NCBI GenBank assembly: GCA_964016885.1
Contig: OZ024742.1
Location: 92,318,001-92,382,000, forward strand
DNA from: Eledone cirrhosa
Lineage: Eukaryota
Length of the DNA stretch: 64,000 bases
Direction: 5' to 3'
Part shown: positions 54,421 through 64,000 of the stretch, one piece after another
How the letters are laid out: each line of letters begins with the position of its first letter
Position numbering within the stretch: the stretch's first letter is position 1
Position numbers and translations under genes: made by a program
The notes under the pieces: model-generated
Told to the model about the DNA's origin: nothing
The model's database searches: none
Seen by the model: the letters and a program-made list of their open reading frames with translations, nothing else

Positions 54421-54859
54421 TGTAAATATGTTTCTTTTCAAAGGAAAAGAAAACTAATTTTTCTTAGTTTACAGAGTTAAGTTATATTTATCGCTTAGTC
54501 TCAAATTTACTTTAAAATTATATTCTAATTGTAGTATATGGAAAAATTATTTTATATATGATTTTAGAGTATCATATATTACGTATGTTCTAAGATAAAA
54601 ATTTTATGTATACATTTTGATAAACATTACTTGTACTTATGCATACATTTGATGATATTACGTATTTGTATGTATGGATTGACAATACCTATAGAGCCTA
54701 TTAGAAAAAAGTTCAACAAACATCAAAAATACCTTCAAAAATGTCATTAAAAACATCACAAAAAAATCAAAAAACACAGCGAAGACATATAAAATGTAAT
54801 TGGGTAAGATACAGAGGCTATATATAATATTTTCTATCGATTATAGATACTTCTAAAAG

Positions 54860-56400
54860 TCTTGGACTGTCGATGCAAACAAGAATGAAATAATTCTTTC
54901 TTCTTGTTTATAGCATTCTTTCGATTGGTAATTATGTGAAAGATTTCTTCAATACATAGATGACAAATTCTTGTGAGAGCCATATTCTGGAATGCAGGCG
55001 CTTTCGAAATCGTTCTCCAAGTGATTGAATAGTCAATATTATTGTCTTTTAAGGACTAAATTAAATGTGAATGTGATATTGAGAATTTTTTGTCCGATCT
55101 ATTAAATGTGTGCTTTGATTATAACAGCGTTCCTTAAATTTTGTAGAAGTGGCTCCTATATAGTTAAATAATCTATCTCTAGTTTTTACGGTGCATTTGT
55201 ATACTAAGTTTTTATTTAGGTTTTTATCTGTAAAGGGCAACATAATTTGTTTCTGCAGTTACATTTTCTAGAGTTGTTTATAGGAACGGTATGGTTATTA
55301 TAAGTATTGTTATTAGTAATATTATTATTATTATTAGAGTTTATTTGAGTTGGGTTTAATTTTAAGTTTCTATTGTTAATTCTACTAGCATAAAAACCAC
55401 CCTTCGGGTGCTTTTCTGCTAGCATGTGTAGTGTGTATATTGATATTATACGCAAGTATATATACATGTAGATATGATACATCAAATAAAATCGTAATTG
55501 ACAATATAAACAGAAATTGACGAAGACGTTGTTACACTGTCTTATATAATCAGTAACGTAATCCATGATATATTAAAAAAAGACGATATTATATATAAAC
55601 TGCATTAGGAGAAAATTAGTGACAGAAAATTAGTATGTTTATTTAAGTGATCGCCACCGGAAGTGTTGACATCACGCACTCTCTCTATATATATATATAT
55701 ATGGTAGTTGAAGTGATGGTGGTCGCAACGATATACCGGAAGTGCAACTTTGAAAAGAATTCAATTTTAAATTAGTTATTTTTACGAAATTATTTTTGTT
55801 TACGAAATTTAGTAGATAAATTATGTAATATTCATTTGGCAGTATCAGTAGAGGGTCGGACGCCATGCTTTCCAGCATAGTTACGTCCCTTTACGATCTG
55901 AGTTCAAATCCCGCCGAGGTTGACTATGCCTTTCATCCTTACGGGGTCGATAAAATAAAGTACCAGTAATGCACTGGGTAATTGCTGGCCTTGTGCCTAA
56001 AGTAGAAACAATTATTTATTCAAAGTAATCCAATTTATTTTACTAACGGGATAAAAAAAAATAAACCGTACTCAGTCCCGCAGACCTTCCTTTATTATAG
56101 TTTAGATTAATATTTTATGCTATATTCATAGTAGTAGAGTAAGATAGTTTGATTGTATACCTGTTAAAAATAGAGTGGTATCAATGGGATTTAGGAAAAC
56201 ACTTATCTAATGCCTTGCTAAAGGTGTTCTAATTCCTAAGGAGATTGGAGGAGAGTACCAAATAATATTTCTAGTTCTAGCTTTTTTGTTTAATTTACTA
56301 TTTAGGTTAATTTGCTTGTTATTAATATTATAGTAAATTTTAAGAGGATTTTGTATACTATTGTTATCTATGTTTTTAATTTTATACATGTAACCAACTC
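54860..56400 (-). mobile_element. Naiad-type Penelope-like element, C-terminal/GIY-YIG part, split by a Helitron
   Basis: RNIIWYSPP (about 56250), HSIFNRYTIKLSYS (about 56150), CNCRNKLCCPL, NLVYKCTV..NYIGATSTKFKER, CHLCIEE..INKKKELFHSCLH. Confidence 0.75.
55385..56106 (-). mobile_element. Non-autonomous Helitron containing a family B SINE (55836-56016, plus strand)
   Basis: Minus strand A|TCTAAACTATAATAAAGG ... CACCC-GAA-GGGTG hairpin ... CTAG|T. Removing it rejoins the PLE frame (NIN/RINNRNL). Confidence 0.75.
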
Positions 56401-57088
56401 TGTGTAATATTCATTGTAATATTCATAAAATATTCATTCAATCTTCATAAAATATACTTATAACTACAATCTTCATAATATTAAAACACACCAATAGAAT
56501 AGACCCAATCGAATATATAAATACAAGATACCTCTCACATTTTAAATTAATATTCTATCACTTTAACACATTTATTTATAATTCACACATTATATTATAA
56601 ATACTTTCAATTAAATAATTAAATAAATAAAAATAAATATAATTATTTCATTCTCTCTACACCCTCACAAATATGTTCCGTACAATTATATACGTACATT
56701 CCTATAAATAGTCTGTTAATAACTGTAATATAGTTTTTCTTAAAATCTTTCCTTAAATTTTCTTCCACCCTAATAATAACCTCTATTTCCATTTCTTTAA
56801 AAATAATAATCCTAATAATTATTTAAATTTACCTAGCGTCTATACATAACGATCTTTTTCAATTTTAACGTTATCCTCATTAGCATATTCATCTTGTGAT
56901 TTGAAGTTTTTCTTCGCTATTCAAATAGAACTCACTACATTAAGTTCTTGTTTGAATATGTCATTATCTGTAAACCAGCTCTTGTATTTTATCTGATGAG
57001 AGCCTTGAAATATATATAATAAAATAAATATGGTTTTATAAAGATACCTTCCATTTATTATTGATATATGTGTGTGTGTATATATATA

Positions 57089-57169
<81 letters not shown>

Positions 57170-57214
57170 CCACTCTCATTGCCTCTATCCCTCCCGCTCT
57201 CTCAATATTTCATT

Positions 57215-57510
57215 ATTATAAGTAAATGGGGGACCCGCGGCCCGGCAAACAAAATAGAGAAGGCGTTTCCCCGGAGGATGGCGAAGAAGACGCGCTGGAA
57301 AAGCCATTCCAGTTCGCGAGGCTTACATCTGCGGGTAGCCAACTCTGTGCCGGTGGTAGTGAGTAGTTAAGTGGTCCTAGGGCACCAGAAGTCTCAACTG
57401 CTACGGGCTCGACCGCAAACCTGCCTGAGAGCAACCGATATTTGGAGAGTTTACCCTCTTCTGCTCGAAGTGCAGCAGAGAATGTGTTGAGTGGAATTTG
57501 ATAGATACGA
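57215..57510 (-). mobile_element. 3' fragment of CRE-clade RLE LINE
   Basis: AALRAEEGKLSKYRLLSGRFAVEPVAVETSGALGP, then in another frame WLFQRVFFAILRGNAFSI. Confidence 0.7.
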
Positions 57511-58372
57511 AACACGTGTGTGCGTACGCCTGTGTGCCCGTGCGTGTGCGTGCCTACGTGTGTGTGTGTATTTATATTTCACCGTTTTTCAACGAAATCT
57601 CTAAACACCACCGAAGAATTATTATTATTCGAAAGACGTCCACTGAATTACAAACTCTTATTTGTGTCACTTTTAACGTCAACAATGAAGCGAGCTTGTG
57701 ATTGGCCCGTTTTAAACCTGTACCTAATGACGCTCTTGTACAGAAATTGGGATAATTAAAAAAAAAAACGGACTCTGGGCGGTGTTAAAATCACTCATAC
57801 TCCTCCCCAAGATAAGACGTTTTCTGCCAATAATAGAAAGCAATTCTTTGTTTATTACTGTGTTTACTACTTGATTTCAAGACACGAAGATACATAAGAT
57901 AAACACTGATTGGTGTTGAGGTTCTATTTATTGTTGTTGTCTCTAAGGCAATATTATCTCACATCTCCGAGGGTGGTTGACTGATACAATCAGTAGATTC
58001 AACACCATAGAAATACCTTGCAGTATACGTTTACGTCCCTTAATGTCATGAGTTGTTACCCGGTGGTGGTCAACTTCGTCTTTTATCCCCCGGGAATGGA
58101 TAAAATGTTTATTTTACCAAACATGGATGGTGTCGATTATCCATCCATCACCACCCCAACACTGATAAACTCATACTAAATGTGTGACCCTGTGTCAATA
58201 CTGCAAATTATTCTCATCCTCACCCTTTCACAGGGGGAGCAAATGATTGATACCATTGAACATCGAAAATTAAAAAAAAAACTGTTCCGTACTGTACAAC
58301 ATACAGATGCTTCTTCACCTGCCATGTTGTATGGCTTTTGTAGCATACCAGGTGACGAGGATTTGAAGACAT

Positions 58373-58675
58373 GTGGCATAATGGTTACGATGTTTATAAG
58401 ATCGTGAGTTCGGTTCCTAACAGCTCGTTTTGTCATTGAGTAAGACACTTTATATAACGCTGCTCCAGTCCCACTCAGCTGTTAAAAATTAGTTGTACCA
58501 GTAATTCAAAAGGTCAGTCTTGTCATACAATATTTCAGGCTGAATTTCCTCGATAACTACGTTAAATGTGCACGTGTTACGGAATGTTCAACCACTTGCA
58601 TGTTAATTTCCCGAGCAGGCTGTTCCGATGTTCCAACAATTGGATTACTCATCGTCATAACCGAAAGAGATCCAA
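58373..58675 (+). mobile_element. SINE family A
   Basis: Colinear with 744-1066. Confidence 0.75.
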
Positions 58676-59038
58676 CAAGGACAGCTGAGAAGGGTTTGCT
58701 AGCCCTTATCTCAGCCCTCCTCTATTTGATGAAGAAAAGAGGACCTACGAGTAGCCGTTTATATGAGAGAGAGGGGGCAGAGTGGGCGAGAGAGTGAGAC
58801 AGAGAGAGAGAGTGTGTGTGGGAAGGAGAGAGGGAGAGAGAGTGGGAGAGAGAGAGCGAGAGAGAGAGAGCGAGAGAGAGAGAGAGAAACATCAACCCCA
58901 GAACTTAACTGGTACTTTAATTATCGACTACGGGGTGATGAATTGTATAGTTGACTTCGGCAGGATTTGAACTCAGAAACGCAAAGCCATGTGTCCAACA
59001 AACAATCAAACTATTGATCTGCCAATCAAGCCATATAT

Positions 59039-59238
59039 TACGAGGGTCAACTAAAAAGTTTATAGGCTGACCAAGATACTCTCATGAAATGACCCAATGA
59101 GGTTTATTTTTCAACATAGTCCCTGGAAAGAAACAATGCAGTTATTAATTAGAGTTGAAATTAAATTATGCAATATTTCCCAACTCTAGCGTTCCTCCTT
59201 CATAGTCAGCCTATGAATTTTTAGGCCACCCCCTAGTA
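59039..59238. mobile_element. Mariner-type MITE
   Basis: TA-CGAGGGTCAACTAAAAAGTTTATAGGCTGAC ... GTCAGCCTATGAATTTTTAGGCCACCCCCTAG-TA. Confidence 0.7.
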
Positions 59239-59894
59239 ATTCCGTTAATATGTTTTTATTCAAAGAAAAATGAAACTAATTGAAAGGAAAAAATTACACG
59301 GCCAACAACAATTACAATAACAACAACAGCAACAACAACGACTATAATATCAGGGGAGATGGAAGGATTTCTGAATTGGTGGGGTGAGGGAGCAAATTTG
59401 GTCAATTTAGTTGTAGTGATTAATTTAGCTGTTATTATCAAATATCGACCAAGATATATAAAAAAAACTTCGATATGCGATAAACATAACATGTACATAA
59501 ATTGTAGCACACATACAAATAGATGTGTTTTATATTAATTTTCCTCGCAAAAATGCGCTAGGGCTTATTTTCAGGATAGGGCTTATATTGGATAGCAACA
59601 TAAAAATCATGCCAAGGATTATTTTTGGAGTAGGAGAAACACGAGTATTTTGAAGGCTATATTCGTTTATTAAAATTTATAGGAAAATCCTCAATTTTAT
59701 CCTAAAAATTCTATCAACTAACGACTCTGAAGATTAAAAATAAAAACGCTATTATAGTCTAGGAGATAGGGTATAATAATGAAAAAATTACTAAGATGTT
59801 ATGCTCAGTTAAAAAGCTTCTCCCTGCAAAAGACTTCATTAAAGACACCAAATGTCTAGGCGTTGCTTACAGAATTTGCCTCGCACCCTAGATG

Positions 59895-60292
59895 AAGAAA
59901 TAACACAGCGTTCAGAACTCTTCAAAGGCTGTCACACTTACGGATTTCGTCTACCACCCCAGATCACTATATATATATATCGTTTAGACGTCTCAAAATG
60001 TGGCCACCCTCTCGGATCTCGTCTACCACCCCAGATCAAGAAATACTGCGTTCAGACCTCTCCAAAAGCGGTCACCCTCACGGATCTCGTCTACCACCCA
60101 CATCAAGAAATACAGCGTTCAGACCTCTCCAAAGGCGGTCACCCTCACGGATTTCGTCTACCACCCCAGATCAGGAAGTACAGCGTTCAGACCACTCCAA
60201 ATGGGGTCACCGTCAGGGAATTGTTCTAGCACCCCAGTCAAGAAATGCAGCGTTCAGACATCGCCAAACGTGGTCACCCTCACGGATTTCTT
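59895..60292 (+). repeat. Minisatellite, unit about 68 bp, about 6 copies
   Basis: AGAAATACAGCGTTCAGACCTCTCCAAAGGCGGTCACCCTCACGGATTTCGTCTACCACCCCAGATCA. Confidence 0.9.
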
Positions 60293-60799
60293 ATATGACA
60301 TTGCACTCACAAGGCTTTCAGATAAATATTATATTACATACGTATTTGAGGCAGGTGTAATATTATCATTTATATAATTTAAAAAATTAGGTATTTGATA
60401 AATGTCTAGAATTTTGAAGGCGAATTTACGTTTTTTTTCTACGATAATTTTAGGCTTTTTTGAACGAACCTGACCTTAAAACCGTTACACATTATTCGTT
60501 ATGTGTCACCCACCCGCCGCCGAATTTCATAGCACCTATTTCGTAGCAGTATATAAAAAGGATTTCTAATTTCGGCACAAGACCAGCAATTTTGGAAAGA
60601 ATTAAAGTCGATTATATACTTCGCTGGTACATAGGGCTGGACTTTCATCTGCTGAAGCCCTTAGCTATATGAAATTTGAGACCCTATTTTTTTATGATTA
60701 GATTGTTAATGATTAGAAATTAATGTTAGAATAAAAGTATTTATTTCAAATATAGCCGTTGATCCTTTTAAGGGTAGTTAGTTGATAATATTGGAATCG

Positions 60800-61070
60800 A
60801 ACCTCTAGCTGAGAACTAAAATCTAAAGTCTGCCTCGAGCACGAAGCCTCATTAGGCCGATGCATATCCGTTTTCGTGGCGTTAAGCGACTGAGAATACA
60901 AGACTACCCTTTTATCCTGGACAGGGCGCCAACCCATCGCAGGGTTAAATCCCCAACTAAGCTATTACTGCTGATACTCATATTCAGCTAAGTATATTGG
61001 GGGGATCAACGTAAAATGAAGTGTTGTGCTCAAGAACACCGCATACAACCCGGTCCAGGAATCGAAACCA
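60800..61070 (-). mobile_element. tRNA-derived SINE (third type)
   Basis: Minus strand GGTTTCGATTCCTGGACCGGG..GTGTTCTTGAGCACAACACTTCATTTTACGTTG...CCCTGCGATGGGTTGGCGCCCTGTCCAGG. Confidence 0.7.
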
Positions 61071-62308
61071 ACAACATAACGATCCATCATTTCTGATTGC
61101 AATTAAAAACCAGAGGGGGATTAATTTTCTGCTTTCAGCAGAGAATGATGCATATGTTTCTGTATCTACGGTATGCATGTGTATATACAGTGATTACATG
61201 CTGAATTTCTGAAATGTTTTGCCTATTTTTACAGTTCCATTACAACATCCTAAATAGCTGTACTCCTCCTGTTTCTGTGAAGCCCAGCTTCCAAAGATTT
61301 ATACAATGATCACAGGTACAAATCTAAAGGTATAGTCAGTGGGGAGTATTTGCAGATATGATAATAAATTATCAGCTACAAAAAAAAGGGACAACTGTAT
61401 TTTTATTTTGGAAGTAAGTGACAACCATGGTGCTTATGGAGTTAGAAACTCGAATCTATCCAAGGACCTGGTGGTAGCGTTAAACCGGTTGACGGATTAG
61501 TTTTACCATCCAAAAACCGGAATAATCCCCGCCACCCGACGAATTTCTACAGTTTCTATCTACCAAATGCCAGTCTTGACTCTACTAATAGCTATAGTCT
61601 TGACTCGACTAATAGCTATAGTAAAAGATATAAGTTCAAAAGCAGTGTAGTTACAAAGAGAAATTCTCCAGCTTACAACCATACATCCGCCATGTTTATG
61701 TACGTGTGTTAATATGTGTGTATACAATAAAATGCTATTGCGTTATTTGTCCTGGCTCTATATATTCTGAGCTCAAATACCGCCATGGTTACCTTGCCTT
61801 TCAATTTTCCGGAGTCAATAAAATAAAGTACTAGTCAAGTATTGGTTTGATTTAATCAGCTTTGCCCTTCTTTCAAATTTGTTGGTGCCTAAATTAGAAA
61901 TCAATGTGTGTGTATGTATGCGAGAGTGTGTACCTATTTTAAGGTGAATGTACGCATGCTAGTGGATGCCCTATATTGGTGCGTATATGTGTGTATATGT
62001 GCGTGTGTATGCATCTATGTTAAGAGACGTGCACGAATACGTAAGAGTGCATATAAATTAAAGTGTGTTTTTGTGTATTAATGTGTTCATATTTGTGTTA
62101 ATGCTTTGTGTGTGTGTATATATACCAGGTAAGGGTCGTTAGGGCGTTATATTTCAAATTCCTTACTATTTGTTCCGGTTTACTGCACTCTGAGTTCAAA
62201 TCTCGTCCATGTCAACTTTGCCTTTCATCTTTACTGGGTCAATAAACAAATTACCAGTCCAGTACTACGGTTGGTTCTCCTTCGATTTCTTTTGATCATT
62301 TTCTCCCA

Positions 62309-62404
<96 letters not shown>

Positions 62405-62612
62405 GTGAGGTTTTTTTTACAAAATGAAAAATAACCGAGGTGTCCTACACGAGTGAAAGTATAAAGAAAAAAGATGAAATCGAAAATGCAACTGGAGTCT
62501 TATTTTTAAAATATATATATATTTATTTGGTTCCTTTACCGGTTTCGCAGTTCTTCTGCTTTTCAAAAGTAGAGTTGAGATGGAGGGACTGTGGTTTTTC
62601 TCACATTTTTCT

Positions 62613-62649
<37 letters not shown>

Positions 62650-62653
62650 TTCT

Positions 62654-62741
<88 letters not shown>

Positions 62742-63299
62742 TTCATTCTTCCTCTTTTTCACATACACTTTCACTCTTCCCATCTAAAGTCGGATGGGCT
62801 CTGCTAGGCTTAAAATGACAAAGGTACGCAGGGTGTCAGAAGGGCATGCCCATGACTCCAGCAGGAGTTAAGGGCCCTTGCTTCTGTTTCGTTTGTGCTT
62901 GTGACTCTGAGCGTATGTATGTATAACGTGTGTTAATGTTTTTGTGTGAACATAAGTGTCTGTGTATACGTGTGTTGATGAATATGTGTTGATGTATGTG
63001 TGTTGATGTATGTGTGTGTATGAAAGTGTGTACATGTTTTGATGAGAATGTACGTGTGTTAATGTTTGCGTGTGTGTAGGTGTGTGTACGTGTGTACACG
63101 CGTGTGTGTATGTATGTAAGTGTATGTGTGTATTACTGTGTATAATTGACTGAGATAAAAGGTAGAATTATCAGAGACTTCAAAGCCAGGATAACCTGAC
63201 ATGATTAAAGAGGACATTATTTAATAGCTACTTCAAAATACAGCATAGAAAAGCAGCAGCAGTTAATGTTATTCATGATGTTTATCATTTAAATCAGCT

Positions 63300-63343
<44 letters not shown>

Positions 63344-63699
63344 GGTGTGTGTGTGTGTATATATATGTATATATTATAGGCGCGTGTGTGTGCATTCAAA
63401 CACAACATATATATAATGTTGTTTTCTTTTGTCAGTGATCTACCTAGAAGGAACGTTCCAATGTAAAACCTGAGTTTCATAAAGTATTCAGTCTTGTCAT
63501 AGTATTTATCACACTGAAGAAGAACTTCATGTAGCAAAAAGTGGAGGTAGTACTATGCAAGCTACATCCACTTTAAAAAATAATATTTCGCACAGGTACC
63601 TCTTGTACACTTTCCTCGTTGTTTAAGATCGTCGTAACTAGGAGTTGGTAGTAACCTAAAAATGCATCCATAATCTTAATTGAATTGTCTCACACAAAG

Positions 63700-64000
63700 T
63701 CAATATATGGCAGAAAGAGCTTGAGATCTTCTGGTGAACAGGTCCAGCACGACAGGGGCCCTAGGATGCTACAGCCTTGGCCCGGTTGTCATCTTGCTAC
63801 TGTGACAAACACAAAAATCAACCCCAAAAGAAACCTAGGGTCAGTATGAAGTTTGCTTGTTAGTATGTATGTACTCTTTTAGACAACAATAAGCCCGATA
63901 GAGTAGAGAGTCACACATAAATTGCAACAGAAATTGGTAAATATGATCTGGACATCGTTGCATTAGCTGAGACACGTCTACCTGGAGATGGGGAAATTAC
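63700..64000 (+). mobile_element. 5' part of RTE-clade LINE (start of AP endonuclease), cut by window edge
   Basis: TLLDNNKPDRVERVT..IATEIGKYDLDIVALAETRLPGDG. Confidence 0.7.

Noticed and set aside
54860-56400. Selenocysteine recoding, as reported for some Naiad PLEs
   Set aside because: Copy is too decayed; the disruptions examined are TAA stops or frameshifts, not conserved TGA at Cys positions, and no SECIS was recognised.
56985-57025. Hammerhead TTTTAT-CTGATGA-GAGCCTT-GAAA-TATATA-TA-ATAAAA
   Set aside because: Core is present, but stem II is too short and the stems are low-complexity AT; may be a decayed pLTR ribozyme but is not supportable alone.
59895-60292. CRISPR-like array
   Set aside because: Units are contiguous with no unique spacers; eukaryotic context and no cas genes.

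Overview
Eukaryotic, AT-rich DNA saturated with microsatellites and made up almost entirely of transposable elements. The SINE types and microsatellite load resemble octopus (coleoid cephalopod) DNA; this is inference, not a database result. No host gene is confidently identifiable, and most ORF-track entries are microsatellite artefacts. Main content: a full-length Chapaev3-type DNA transposon (2848-5043, TAA TSD); a near-intact full-length Tx1-clade LINE (about 29014-34730, minus) head-to-head with a 5'-truncated R4/Dong-type RLE LINE (34934-37400, plus), both bordered by (TAA)n; a tandem pair of bipartite non-autonomous RTE derivatives; Penelope-like (Neptune- and Naiad-type) remnants; Helitrons; mariner/maT/pogo relics; and many tRNA-derived SINEs. 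Two observations stand out. (i) Many short fold-back palindromes embedded in (TA)n have their symmetry centre at or beside a minimal hammerhead ribozyme core. (ii) The Tx1 LINE and the dominant SINE share a 3'-terminal motif plus (ATT)n tail, suggesting a LINE/SINE partnership that targets (ATT)n. All coordinates were read by eye and may be off by a few bases.
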